DNA of 64,000 bases from a virus, in the IMG/VR virus record IMGVR_UViG_3300022925_002539, positions 37,580 to 101,579 of that record; one strand, given 5' to 3'. This document shows, in pieces, positions 19,531 through 29,530 of this stretch. Both the position numbers and the translations under genes were made by a program. Positions within the stretch are counted from its first letter, which is position 1. Each line of letters begins with the position of its first letter. The notes beneath the pieces were generated by a model. It made no database searches and was not told the origin of the DNA. It worked only from the letters and a program-made list of their open reading frames with translations.

Positions 19531-19963
19531 ATTTAAAATCGATTTAGGTATTATCACTCATGATGATGTAGTGGAGCACCCTTTTGTAAACATAAGTGTA
19601 AATGGGTATCCAAAATTTGGAGAAATACTTGAAAAAGATAAAACTATAGAATTTAATTTAGAGGTTGAAGAAAATACAAAAAACAGTTTAACAGTTGAAT
19701 ATTCAAATAAAGATCCAAAAACAGATGTGGTATTTGATGGCGACAATATAATCAAAGATAAACGTATAGAAATAAAAAGTTTAACAATAAATGATATAGA
19801 ATTAGATTTTTTTACCTTTAATACAGAAGATACACTATCATATGAAAGTTTTGATGGTAAAGAAAAGCATACAGGGTTTCAAGCGAGTAAGCTAAGTTGG
19901 AATGGACGCACTACACTAAAATTTACAACACCTGTCTACATCTGGTTATTAGAAAACTTATAA
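19517..19963 (+). CDS. hypothetical protein
   Basis: 148-aa ORF with GGAG SD. Confidence 0.65.
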   Translation: MEQIKFKIDLGIITHDDVVEHPFVNISVNGYPKFGEILEKDKTIEFNLEVEENTKNSLTVEYSNKDPKTDVVFDGDNIIKDKRIEIKSLTINDIELDFFTFNTEDTLSYESFDGKEKHTGFQASKLSWNGRTTLKFTTPVYIWLLENL

Positions 19964-19978
19964 GCATAAATACACTGT
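19963..19978 (+). promoter_or_regulatory. T4-like late promoter, copy 2 of a 16-bp repeat
   Basis: AGCATAAATACACTGT, identical to 17061-17076. Confidence 0.65.
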
Positions 19979-19993
19979 GTTTAGGGATATATA

Positions 19994-21235
19994 ATGGATA
20001 CAGTTGTAATTTATCCGGGTAGATTTCACCCGTTTCATAAAGGACATAAGAGTGTATATGATACACTTGTAAAACGTTTCGGAAAGAATCGTGTGTTTAT
20101 TGCTACAAGTAATAAAGTTGATCCACCTAAATCCCCATTCACTTTTGAAGAAAAACGAGCAATGATTGCCCTAACAGGCATAGATCCAAGCCGTGTTATC
20201 CAAGTAAAAAATCCATACCAGGCAACTGAAATAACAGACAACTACGATCCCCAAAACACAATAGTGTTGTTTGCAGTCAGTGATAAAGATATGGCTGAAG
20301 ATCCTCGTTTTTCCTTCAAACCTCGCAAAGACGGAAACCCAAGTTATTATCAACCAGCACAAAAAGATATGCAGGGTTTTGATAAGCATGGTTACATAAT
20401 TACAGTACCTACATTACAATTTAATGTACTAGGAAAGCCAATGCGTAGTGCAAGTGAGTTTCGTGCAAACTTTGCTCGTGCAGATGCAGATACACAAAAG
20501 CAAATGGTAACAGATTTATTTGGCAAATATGATAGCAAAGTTCATAATATTATGACACAAAAAATTAATGAAACACTTGTACGTGCAGATGAAATATTAG
20601 ATAAACTTATTGAAATGGGTGCAGACGATCACTATATATTAGAAGCATGTCGTAGAGTAGATGCACTTGTTGAAAGTATGCAAGTTAATGAACTTAAAGG
20701 CAATGCAAGACTTGTTAGAAGTCCTGAAGAGATAGATAAAAGATTGACTTTTATAAAACCAGTAAAAGGATTGTCAAACTTAATAACACCTAAAAAGCCA
20801 ACAAGATTAATGAAACGTAGAGCATATAGTCAAATGCCTGAGGAAATTACAAAGTTTGATGATGCAGATCCTATGAGCAGTATAATTGCAATTAGAGGTA
20901 TTGGTACAATGACAATTCCTCAAGCATTAGATAAAGTTGCAGAAATGTCTAGTATGATTGCAGAAATAGCAAAATCATATGATGCAAAAGATGTACAGGA
21001 TAATGTTCCTTACTATATGAATTTACTAAAAACTTATAATGAAAGTATACAGGAAGCATACAGTGAATTAGCACAACAACGTAAACGTGGTGGCACAAAA
21101 AGTCGTGGCATAGATCCTGACATCACTGAGGATGAATTGACTGAAAAGTGCTGGCCAGGTTATGAAAAAAAAGGTATGAAGACACATTATGGAAAACGTG
21201 TACCTAACTGTGTAAAGAAAGAAAGTATAAATTAG
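19994..21235 (+). CDS. cytidylyltransferase-like (HxGH) multidomain protein with C-terminal CWxGY...VPNC module
   Basis: YPGRFHPFHKGH, SPFTFEEK, RSASEFR; C-terminal CWPGYEKKGMK..GKRVPNCV. Confidence 0.8.
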   Translation: MDTVVIYPGRFHPFHKGHKSVYDTLVKRFGKNRVFIATSNKVDPPKSPFTFEEKRAMIALTGIDPSRVIQVKNPYQATEITDNYDPQNTIVLFAVSDKDMAEDPRFSFKPRKDGNPSYYQPAQKDMQGFDKHGYIITVPTLQFNVLGKPMRSASEFRANFARADADTQKQMVTDLFGKYDSKVHNIMTQKINETLVRADEILDKLIEMGADDHYILEACRRVDALVESMQVNELKGNARLVRSPEEIDKRLTFIKPVKGLSNLITPKKPTRLMKRRAYSQMPEEITKFDDADPMSSIIAIRGIGTMTIPQALDKVAEMSSMIAEIAKSYDAKDVQDNVPYYMNLLKTYNESIQEAYSELAQQRKRGGTKSRGIDPDITEDELTEKCWPGYEKKGMKTHYGKRVPNCVKKESIN

Positions 21236-21846
21236 TGTTATTAGATAGTATACATAAACAAAATGTGTTCACTGAACAAGAAATACAAAGTCTAGAATCT
21301 AGTATTGCAGATATTTGTACAATATCTGAGCATGTTACAGATGGCAAAATGTATGCAAGAGTTTATGAATGGGATTTTTACAGTGAAAATGCACAGAAAA
21401 TAAAAAATATACTAGAACCCAAGTTGCCTGTAACAACTGTAACTCAAAGTCATATACTAGACAGTTTTTATCCTTATGAGATACACACAGACGTAAAACA
21501 TAACAACGATAAAGTTGATAGTGAATATACTGTTATTATACCTTTAGAAAACTATAATAGTGAAACAGTTGTATTTAATGAACATAATGAACACACTAAT
21601 GAGTTTGAAGATTTTAAACAATCTTATTCAGGATCACGTGAATTAAAAATTCCTATTGATATGTGTTTAAAACTTACTCATTTACATCCAAAAGATCTTA
21701 AATATCTGAGTATAAAAGAAACATTTCAATGGTCAAAAGGCAGTCTGTTTGCTTTCGATAGAAAATATTATCACTGTAGCGATAACCATTTAAAATCTTT
21801 AGACACTAGCAAACGTGCTATACTATTATGGACAAGTAAGCAATGA
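21235..21846 (+). CDS. 2OG-Fe(II) oxygenase-like protein
   Basis: HTD, YTVIIPL, WSKGSLFAFD..YHCS, KRA. Confidence 0.65.
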   Translation: MLLDSIHKQNVFTEQEIQSLESSIADICTISEHVTDGKMYARVYEWDFYSENAQKIKNILEPKLPVTTVTQSHILDSFYPYEIHTDVKHNNDKVDSEYTVIIPLENYNSETVVFNEHNEHTNEFEDFKQSYSGSRELKIPIDMCLKLTHLHPKDLKYLSIKETFQWSKGSLFAFDRKYYHCSDNHLKSLDTSKRAILLWTSKQ

Positions 21847-24188
21847 AATTAGATGAATTTGGTGTAGGAAAAATTACTGCACAAAATACAACTAAAGATG
21901 TTAAACCAGGCGAAACAGAACGTCAGGCAAAAAAACTTGGCTTAATGAATGGCAAAGCAAAGTTACTACATAAAACTGCTGCAAAGAATAGTGATCCAAA
22001 CACACTTTTTAATTTAGGAATTGCAGAAGATTATTCAAAAGATATGGATGAGAAATGGTTTAAAAATAATATTTCAAAAATTGCAAAAAAGTATAACATA
22101 GACCCAGACGTAGCACTTAAAGTATGGCGTAGTGAAGGCGGTATGAAATGGCAGAGCCAATTGAAACCTAAGACAACAAAAGTCAAAACTGCAGGTGGCA
22201 AAGAAGCAAGTTATGGTCCATTCCAATTGTATACAGGTAAAGGTGGACTTGGTAATGCTTGGGAAGAAAAATATGGCAAAAAACTTTCTACTGCAAATAG
22301 TCCGGAAGATGTATTAAGTCAAATAGATTTTGCATTGAGTACAGTTCCAAAACGTGGTTGGCAAGATTTTAAAGGTGCTGAAAGAGTAGGTATCAAACAG
22401 AATCAAGGCGTAAACATGTACAAAGATTTACCTAAACCTAAACCTACAGATTTAAAAAACAAAAGTATGTATAAAAAATTGGATAAGGTACAAACACAAC
22501 CTAGTGTTTTAGATCCTCGTCCACTAATAAAGAAAATACCAGATTTAGTTAATCCACTACCACTTGCTAGAACACTTAAAAAGCAAGGTCAAGACTTTTA
22601 CAAACAAAGTAAAAAAGAGTTAGACAACATTAGTGTAGACAAAGATAGTTTTACATACAAAAATATTGTTAAACCAGCTGGTAAAGCATATGATTACATA
22701 AGTAAAGGCTTTACAGGTTTTATGAAAGATTTAAAGAATAGTCCTGAGTATAAAGCTGCAGGTGAAAAAAATAAAAAACTATATGGACCTAAAAAAGAAA
22801 ACACAGTAAAAGAACTAAAAATACAAAAGCCAGATCCTAAAACTACACTAGGTATAAAACGTAAAGATATGCCACAGATTAAGAAAAAGGATTATGAAGA
22901 GTTTATAGAATACTTACAGAATAACGGTGCAAAGTTCCGTAAAGAAACAGTTCCTGCTAGTGAACTAAAAGCAATGCAAAGTGAATTTAGCGACAAAGGT
23001 ATTATTAAACAAATTGAAAAAAATTTAGATCAGGGTATTAATACAAAAGCAATTATTGTAAGTGAAGATGATTATGTTCTAGATGGACACCATAGATGGC
23101 TTGTTGCAAGTAATACAGGCAATGACTTAGACATTTACCGTATCAATATGCCTGCATATGAATTATATGATCTAGTAAAAGGTTTTGAAAAGACATATTA
23201 CAAAGATATGTATGACGAAACACGTGGCAGTATTGGCGTACCATTGTCCAGTGGATTAGTTGTAAGTATATTTCCACATCGTCCATTAAAAATAAAAAAA
23301 CCTACTAAAGGCAAATTGAATTACAATGAAGATTTAAACACACAACGTGGTAGACTAGAATACTTTTTAAAGCAACCTAGTATAAGTCAAGGTAGAGCAA
23401 TACATTTAGGCAAGTTACCAAAATACCACGATGGTGATGATGAACTTGCAAAATTAGTTCCAGAACGCAATGGTGTGTACGCATTGCATCCTGATGCGTG
23501 GGAAAGTACATTTTATAGTTTAACAAATAAAGACCTTAAAAAGATTACTCGTTACCAACCAGCAATTGTAAAAATACCTGAAGGTAGTATTGTTGCTGAT
23601 ATGGCAATTGCTAATCAGTTTTATAGAACAAACGATCCAGAAGAAAAAGAAAAGTTTGCAAAAGCATACAAAGACAGTATAGTGCCTTATGGTAGTGATA
23701 CTAGTCATATAAAGATGCCTGAAATTATTATGCCACGGCTAATAGAAAGCAAAATGAAAGGTGGTTCAGATTTTTATAAATTTATGGGATATAAACTTAA
23801 AGATTTAGATCCTGATAACATTAGACAACTTCCTAAAGTATTAAAAATAGATCCAGCCGTAGCAAAACCTAAACTTAAACCAAAAGTTGACCCTGAGGAT
23901 TTTGAAGAACAAATAGATGAAGATTTAAGAGATTGGTTCAAACAAAAATGGGTAAACATTGGTAAGAAGAAAAAAGGCGGTGGACATCCTGAGTGTGGCA
24001 CTAGTGGCGATAAACGTGGATATGCAAAATGCGTACCTGCTGCAAAAGCCGCCAAGATGACTAAGAAAGAAAAAGAAAGTGCAGTAAGACGTAAGCGAGC
24101 TGCACAGAATAAAAAAGGCAGAGGCGGTAAAAAGAAATCAGGTTCAGGTAAAAAGCCAATTCGTGTAAGTACAAAGGCTAAAAAATGA
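21843..24188 (+). CDS. multidomain probable internal head protein: lysozyme/transglycosylase-like, ParB-like and basic Cys modules
   Basis: KYNIDP..VWRSEGG...SYGPFQL; AIIVSEDDYVLDGHHRW; DLRDWFKQKWV..CG..KCVP. Confidence 0.7.
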   Translation: MKLDEFGVGKITAQNTTKDVKPGETERQAKKLGLMNGKAKLLHKTAAKNSDPNTLFNLGIAEDYSKDMDEKWFKNNISKIAKKYNIDPDVALKVWRSEGGMKWQSQLKPKTTKVKTAGGKEASYGPFQLYTGKGGLGNAWEEKYGKKLSTANSPEDVLSQIDFALSTVPKRGWQDFKGAERVGIKQNQGVNMYKDLPKPKPTDLKNKSMYKKLDKVQTQPSVLDPRPLIKKIPDLVNPLPLARTLKKQGQDFYKQSKKELDNISVDKDSFTYKNIVKPAGKAYDYISKGFTGFMKDLKNSPEYKAAGEKNKKLYGPKKENTVKELKIQKPDPKTTLGIKRKDMPQIKKKDYEEFIEYLQNNGAKFRKETVPASELKAMQSEFSDKGIIKQIEKNLDQGINTKAIIVSEDDYVLDGHHRWLVASNTGNDLDIYRINMPAYELYDLVKGFEKTYYKDMYDETRGSIGVPLSSGLVVSIFPHRPLKIKKPTKGKLNYNEDLNTQRGRLEYFLKQPSISQGRAIHLGKLPKYHDGDDELAKLVPERNGVYALHPDAWESTFYSLTNKDLKKITRYQPAIVKIPEGSIVADMAIANQFYRTNDPEEKEKFAKAYKDSIVPYGSDTSHIKMPEIIMPRLIESKMKGGSDFYKFMGYKLKDLDPDNIRQLPKVLKIDPAVAKPKLKPKVDPEDFEEQIDEDLRDWFKQKWVNIGKKKKGGGHPECGTSGDKRGYAKCVPAAKAAKMTKKEKESAVRRKRAAQNKKGRGGKKKSGSGKKPIRVSTKAKK

Positions 24189-25582
24189 GAATAGACCAGA
24201 TCACTGAAAAGTGGAGCCAAAAATATAAGCGAAGTATAGACTGTAGTAACCCAAAAGGTTTCTCACAGAAAGCTCACTGTGCTGGTCGTAAAAAGAAAAA
24301 GAATGAAAGTATCCGCGAATCATATGAAATAGAGTTTGTTTGTGTAAACCCTAAGTTCTGTGATGCCACTGAGCAAAAGAATCAAGATAGACTATTCCAA
24401 GCACTAAGAGCAGTACCAGGTATTATTGTATACAAGCAAGACTTTGATGAGCATAACAGTATGGCTGCTATTATTAAAGATGAAGCAGACACAGACGCAC
24501 CTAAACTAATACAAAAAATAGCACAACAACACAAAGTTGCTATTGATTTAGAAAATGATGTTAGCCAAAGTATGATGGATGATATTATCACTGGCAGACT
24601 TGAAGGACTCACAGACTATTATGATACAGATAGTTTGTCAGAAGCAAAAGCAAACGAATCTATACCAAGTCCCGATAAAATGGGTAAACCTACTTTACCA
24701 AGTTTACAAAATACAATTCAAGATCTAAACGACTTAATAAAAGACTTAGACAAAGGTAAACCACAACCTAAAGAAATAATACTTGATCCTGAAGATTACA
24801 GAGAGAAACGTAAGAAGTTTAAACAACAAGGTAAGCCTTATATGATTACTAAGGTTCAGGAAGTACAGGTTGACGAAGGTGTAAATGATCCGCACATTTT
24901 TAAAGCAGTGTTTATGGCAGGTGGTCCAGGCAGTGGCAAAAGTTTTGTAGCACAAAACATATTAGGTGGCACAGGATTACGTGCAGTAAACAGTGATGAA
25001 GTATATGAATTTTTATTGAAGCGTCAAGGTCTTTCTCTGGATCCAGACACAATTGCTTCTACCCAGGGCCAAGAAATCAGAGGTACTGCAAAAGACTTAA
25101 CTGCTAAAAGACAACAAAATTATATCGATGGCAGAATAGGATTGTTAATTGATGGTACCGGTAAAAATGTTAGTGTAATACAAGACCTAGCACAAAAATT
25201 AAAGAGCATAGGTTACAGTGTTAGCATGATATTTGTTAATACTAGTTTAGAAGTTGCACAACAAAGAAACAGACAAAGAGACAGAGTTTTGCCTGCTAAT
25301 TTAGTAGCAGACTCTTGGAATGAAGTTCAACAAAACCTTATGAAATATCAGCAAATCTTTGGTGCTGATAGATTTCATATCGTTGATAACAGTGGAGGAT
25401 TAGAAGATCTTGATAGACAAAAAAACTTTGATAAAGTATACAATGAAGTACAACGTTTTTTAAACACTCCACCTAAACATAAAAAAGCATTAGAGTGGAT
25501 TAAAAATCAAAAGGCACAGAACAATGCAAAACCAACAACCAACAGTGGAAAGTCTGATGGAGGAGTTACAAGCACTAACTGA
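24185..25582 (+). CDS. multidomain protein with zeta-toxin-like P-loop kinase domain
   Basis: FMAGGPGSGKS, VNSD, IDGTG, VAQQRNRQRDR; N-terminal KWSQKYKRSIDC..PKGFSQKAHC module. Confidence 0.75.
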   Translation: MRIDQITEKWSQKYKRSIDCSNPKGFSQKAHCAGRKKKKNESIRESYEIEFVCVNPKFCDATEQKNQDRLFQALRAVPGIIVYKQDFDEHNSMAAIIKDEADTDAPKLIQKIAQQHKVAIDLENDVSQSMMDDIITGRLEGLTDYYDTDSLSEAKANESIPSPDKMGKPTLPSLQNTIQDLNDLIKDLDKGKPQPKEIILDPEDYREKRKKFKQQGKPYMITKVQEVQVDEGVNDPHIFKAVFMAGGPGSGKSFVAQNILGGTGLRAVNSDEVYEFLLKRQGLSLDPDTIASTQGQEIRGTAKDLTAKRQQNYIDGRIGLLIDGTGKNVSVIQDLAQKLKSIGYSVSMIFVNTSLEVAQQRNRQRDRVLPANLVADSWNEVQQNLMKYQQIFGADRFHIVDNSGGLEDLDRQKNFDKVYNEVQRFLNTPPKHKKALEWIKNQKAQNNAKPTTNSGKSDGGVTSTN

Positions 25583-25808
25583 AGATTTACACGAAAGAAA
25601 GTCAAAACCCGGTAGTAGACCAGGTAGTTTAAAACGCAAAGCAGCACAATACTTAGGCAAGGGTGCAGGAGAAAAACTAAGTAAAACAGATTTAAAAAGA
25701 CTTAGAGCTAAAGCAAATAAAATGAAAAATAGCACTAAGAAATCTGAAAGAGATAGAGGCATACAATTAGCAAGACAAGTAAGTTTTGCATTTAATATGC
25801 GAGATTAA
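25524..25808 (+). CDS. small basic hypothetical protein
   Basis: Lys/Arg-rich 94 aa; acidic N-terminus with LTE/LHE. Confidence 0.65.
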   Translation: MQNQQPTVESLMEELQALTEDLHERKSKPGSRPGSLKRKAAQYLGKGAGEKLSKTDLKRLRAKANKMKNSTKKSERDRGIQLARQVSFAFNMRD

Positions 25809-25810
25809 AA

Positions 25811-26035
25811 ATGTTATTAGAAGCAAAACTAAAATGCGATAAAGATCATATTCCATATAGAATATATGTGAACGATGAACTAGTCACAGAACGCTTTTAT
25901 ACAATTGCTTCTAAAAATACTGTTAGTAATGATTTACAAATAGAACTAGTTGATGCTAATGACTATGATGTAAAAATAGAGAGTTTATCAGACACACCAG
26001 TGCATTTAGTTGATTATACAGTAAGGAAAATATAA
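25811..26035 (+). CDS. hypothetical protein
   Basis: 74-aa ORF in operon. Confidence 0.6.
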   Translation: MLLEAKLKCDKDHIPYRIYVNDELVTERFYTIASKNTVSNDLQIELVDANDYDVKIESLSDTPVHLVDYTVRKI

Positions 26036-26036
26036 A

Positions 26037-26249
26037 ATGAGAATACGTGAAATAACTGAAGCTGCAAGCAGTGGTGCAACTAGTAGTGGAAATATGGCTG
26101 CAGTTGCAAATCCTATACAAGCACATCAAAAATTAAAACGTGATAAAAATGGTATACCGGTTGCACCACAAAAAAAGAATCCAGATGGTACTGCTAAGAA
26201 TGCACTTGACGTAAAAGATAATGTTATGGGTACACCTATAAAACGATAA
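26037..26249 (+). CDS. small probable internal head protein
   Basis: MRIREITE leader, ASSGATSSGNMA. Confidence 0.6.
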   Translation: MRIREITEAASSGATSSGNMAAVANPIQAHQKLKRDKNGIPVAPQKKNPDGTAKNALDVKDNVMGTPIKR

Positions 26250-26282
26250 ATAACACTAACACATATTAATCAGGAACTAACT

Positions 26283-27152
26283 ATGCGTGATATTATTAGT
26301 AAATTAGAAGAATTAAATACTGACCAGCAACCAGTACAAGAAGTATTAAGTAGCAAAGGTAAGGATAATCTTATTAGAGCAGTACAAAACTTTGAAAGTA
26401 TGGCAGAAGATTTAAATTTAAGTGATCAAGCAATGGACGTTATTGCAATGCACCTAGATGATATGTTAGCAGATGTTATGGAAATTGAAGGTGTTAGAGA
26501 AAGTAAACAACCTGTAAAAGAAGGTAACATGAGTGACATGGCTCAAGAAGTTGAGAAAGATCACGAAGTACAAATGGCAAGAAACGACCTATACAAAAGT
26601 GCAAAATATGCAGTAGCAATCCATAAAATGATGAAAGACATTTCAGAGATGGAAGGCATAGATGGTTGGGTCGCAGCAAAGATTACAAAAGCTGCTGATT
26701 ACTTGGGTAGTGTAAAACACTATATGGAAGGTCAAATGATGGCTGATGTCGAACTAGCAGTTGTTCCTGTTGCTGGTGATATGACAGATGCAATGACTGT
26801 TCCAGAAGAAGAGGAAGCAGTTGAGGAAGTTCACGAAGAAGTCAAAGAAGATGCAATAGGTGATATAATAAAAAACTTACCTAAGAATAAAGCAACAAAG
26901 TCTACAACATCTAGCGATACAGGTATTATGAACCAAATATTAGATAAGCTAGATATGAATAAAGGTATAGACGGACCAGCAAAAACACAAACTAAACCTA
27001 GTACTATGCCATCAGCAGATCCTAAACAACCTGCAAAACCTCCTGTTCCGATGCAGAGAAAACAAGCAATAGCAAATAAAATGGCACGTGATCCTTACGG
27101 AGCAGACACAACTAAATCATTTGGTAGATTAAACGACTGGAGTAAAAAATAA
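26283..27152 (+). CDS. acidic probable prohead core/internal protein
   Basis: TAAATA upstream, AGGA SD; DHEVQMA...WVAAKITKAADYL module. Confidence 0.6.
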   Translation: MRDIISKLEELNTDQQPVQEVLSSKGKDNLIRAVQNFESMAEDLNLSDQAMDVIAMHLDDMLADVMEIEGVRESKQPVKEGNMSDMAQEVEKDHEVQMARNDLYKSAKYAVAIHKMMKDISEMEGIDGWVAAKITKAADYLGSVKHYMEGQMMADVELAVVPVAGDMTDAMTVPEEEEAVEEVHEEVKEDAIGDIIKNLPKNKATKSTTSSDTGIMNQILDKLDMNKGIDGPAKTQTKPSTMPSADPKQPAKPPVPMQRKQAIANKMARDPYGADTTKSFGRLNDWSKK

Positions 27153-27667
27153 TGGACTTCGCACAATTAGTAGCAAAAATGAATGAAATAGAAAACAGTA
27201 AAAAACCTGAAGAAGTAATTCAAGAATCTGGTACAACAAAAACAGAAGTAGGTGCAACTAAAGACTTACTTACAAAGTTTAATGAAATACAAGATGCTAA
27301 TCCTTATGAGCCAGTGGTAGAAGCAAAAGCTGAAGAAGTTGAAGAAACTATGCAGGATAGATTTGCAAAGTTTATGAAGGCAGAACGTAGTTCAGGTGCA
27401 GAAATAGATGCTATCAAAAGCACTATAGATGAAGGTACTACAGAATATGAATATGCAGATAGAGCTTTTAGTAAAATGGGCGAATTGATAGAGACTATGC
27501 AAAAAATGGTTAGTGAAGGCGGAATGCTAGGACGTAAAATCAACGAAGCAGGCGGTGACGCAAACGCACTAGTAGAAATGCAACAAGCATTAATAGTAGC
27601 AAGTGAAGCACTGTCAAGAGCACATGCTGATGCATTAGGAATAACAATAGAACAAACAGAAGAGTAA
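27152..27667 (+). CDS. acidic probable prohead core/internal protein
   Basis: Glu-rich with several I/V/L-x-E sites. Confidence 0.55.
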   Translation: MDFAQLVAKMNEIENSKKPEEVIQESGTTKTEVGATKDLLTKFNEIQDANPYEPVVEAKAEEVEETMQDRFAKFMKAERSSGAEIDAIKSTIDEGTTEYEYADRAFSKMGELIETMQKMVSEGGMLGRKINEAGGDANALVEMQQALIVASEALSRAHADALGITIEQTEE

Positions 27668-27669
27668 AA

Positions 27670-27876
27670 ATGCGTTTAAATGAATTTGCTATTCCAAAAT
27701 TAATTGAAACTATAAGTACTCTTACTGAAAAGAATACTCCTACTGATCCAGGAAAGTGGAGTTACTACAAGTCACAAGCAAAGAAAAAGTTTGAAGTATA
27801 TCCAAGTGCTTATGCCAATGCATGGGCTGCAAAGAAGTATAAAGCAGCAGGCGGTGGCTGGAGAAAAGGCAAGTAA
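27670..27876 (+). CDS. small basic phage protein
   Basis: MRLNEF leader; KKFEVYPSAYANAW..KYKAAGGGW. Confidence 0.7.
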   Translation: MRLNEFAIPKLIETISTLTEKNTPTDPGKWSYYKSQAKKKFEVYPSAYANAWAAKKYKAAGGGWRKGK

Positions 27877-28601
27877 TGCGTATTAAAGAATTTAATACTG
27901 TAGAAGATATAGATCCTAAAGGACCAGAAGTTACTATAGGTGATTATACAACAACACATTTTTATATGTGTGGAAGTGCAATCGAAACTGCTGAAAAACA
28001 TGCTGATAAACCAGGCATGGAAAAACTTATAAAACTACAGGATATGATATACAAACTAGAACGTGCAGTAATGGATGCAGGCGAATCCTCAGACGAAGCA
28101 AAGGAATTTGCACAAAAAGTACATATAGAAATTATGCAAACTGCAAGAGATATTGGTATAGATGACGAAGTGGCTGAATATCAAAATATGCATTTAGATA
28201 GTATCGTTAAAGGTGATCCTAAACCAGGATTTGGTCGTGTAGACATAGATGAGCAAGAAGAAATTACATTAGATGAAGATCAAGACTTTCATGAAGAATT
28301 TGGAATACTAGGATATAGTATAGACGATAATGATATGTTCGAAGCAGAGTATCGTGGACGTAAAGTTAAACTTAATAAACCTATGCAAGGTGATGTAAAA
28401 AAGTTTAAAGTATATGTTAAGAACAAAAAAGGCAATGTTATTAAAGTAAACTTTGGGCATGGTGGAACAAGTGCTAAAGGTAAGACAATGCGTATTCGAA
28501 AAAGTAATCCTAAAGCACGTAAGAGTTTTAGAGCTAGACACAACTGCGATAATCCAGGACCAAAGACAAAAGCAAGATATTGGTCATGTCGCAAGTGGTA
28601 A
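27876..28601 (+). CDS. two-domain phage protein with basic Cys/His C-terminal module
   Basis: MRIKEF leader; EAEYRGRKVKLNKP...RKSFRARHNCD..ARYWSC. Confidence 0.7.
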   Translation: MRIKEFNTVEDIDPKGPEVTIGDYTTTHFYMCGSAIETAEKHADKPGMEKLIKLQDMIYKLERAVMDAGESSDEAKEFAQKVHIEIMQTARDIGIDDEVAEYQNMHLDSIVKGDPKPGFGRVDIDEQEEITLDEDQDFHEEFGILGYSIDDNDMFEAEYRGRKVKLNKPMQGDVKKFKVYVKNKKGNVIKVNFGHGGTSAKGKTMRIRKSNPKARKSFRARHNCDNPGPKTKARYWSCRKW

Positions 28602-28680
28602 ACTTTGCTAAATAAAGCAACGGTAAAATAACAAGACTCAATTTTTTTTGAGCAAATTTTTTTTGACAAAAGGAAACAAA

Positions 28681-29523
28681 ATGACGCAACTAATAGAACC
28701 AAGTAAATTTACAGACACAGTAGGCCTTTTAAGGTCCTTTTTTTTGGACAAAGGATTTTTAGAAGTACATACACAAAACAGACTAAGCATACTAGCTGCA
28801 TGTGAAGATCCATTTAATGTAGCAACATACAATTACGCAGGCCAAGTATGGCCACTACCACAAACAGGCCAAATGTGGTTAGAACATGAATTATTAAGTA
28901 AGCCCGATAGTAAGGGCTTTTTTTGTGTGTCCACTAGTTACAGACAAGAGCCAAATGCTATACCAGGCAGACACGACATTATCTTTCCAATGTTTGAATT
29001 TGAAATGCCAGGAGACATAAATGACCTTAAGAAGATGGAATACGAATTATGTGAATACTTAGGCTTTCCAGCAATAACAGAAAAGACATATGCTGATTGG
29101 CAAAAATATTATGGACTTGCTAGTGATTATGAAATGACTGCTGAAGAAGAAACGAAAATGTACAACGAGTTTGGTGCCACTATGATAACAGACTTTCCAG
29201 AAATGACATCACCATTTTGGAACATGAGCAGATATCCAGGTGAAACCGAAAGTAAAAAGATTGATGTTATACTTGGTGGTATGGAAACAATAGGTAGTGC
29301 AGAACGTAGTACAGATGTAGACATGATGAGAGATACATTTCATACTATTACAGATGGTGCTTATAGTAACTTACTTTACAAACTGTTTGGCAAAGATAGA
29401 GTAGAAGCAGAACTGGAAGAGTTCTTAAAGTTTGACTTCTTTCCAAGAGTTGGTGGAGGAATAGGCATGACAAGAATGATTGCGGCTTTAGAAAAACATA
29501 ATGCACTAGCAAAGGCGGCTTAG
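28681..29523 (+). CDS. stand-alone class II aminoacyl-tRNA synthetase catalytic domain (Asp/Asn/Lys-RS type), no anticodon-binding domain
   Basis: motif 1 LRSFFLDKGFLEVHT, LPQTGQMWLE, motif 2 SYRQE..GRH..FPMFEFE, ETIGSAER, motif 3 GGGIGMTR; 280 aa from the ATG after AAGGA. Confidence 0.88.
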   Translation: MTQLIEPSKFTDTVGLLRSFFLDKGFLEVHTQNRLSILAACEDPFNVATYNYAGQVWPLPQTGQMWLEHELLSKPDSKGFFCVSTSYRQEPNAIPGRHDIIFPMFEFEMPGDINDLKKMEYELCEYLGFPAITEKTYADWQKYYGLASDYEMTAEEETKMYNEFGATMITDFPEMTSPFWNMSRYPGETESKKIDVILGGMETIGSAERSTDVDMMRDTFHTITDGAYSNLLYKLFGKDRVEAELEEFLKFDFFPRVGGGIGMTRMIAALEKHNALAKAA

Positions 29524-29530
29524 TTTATAA

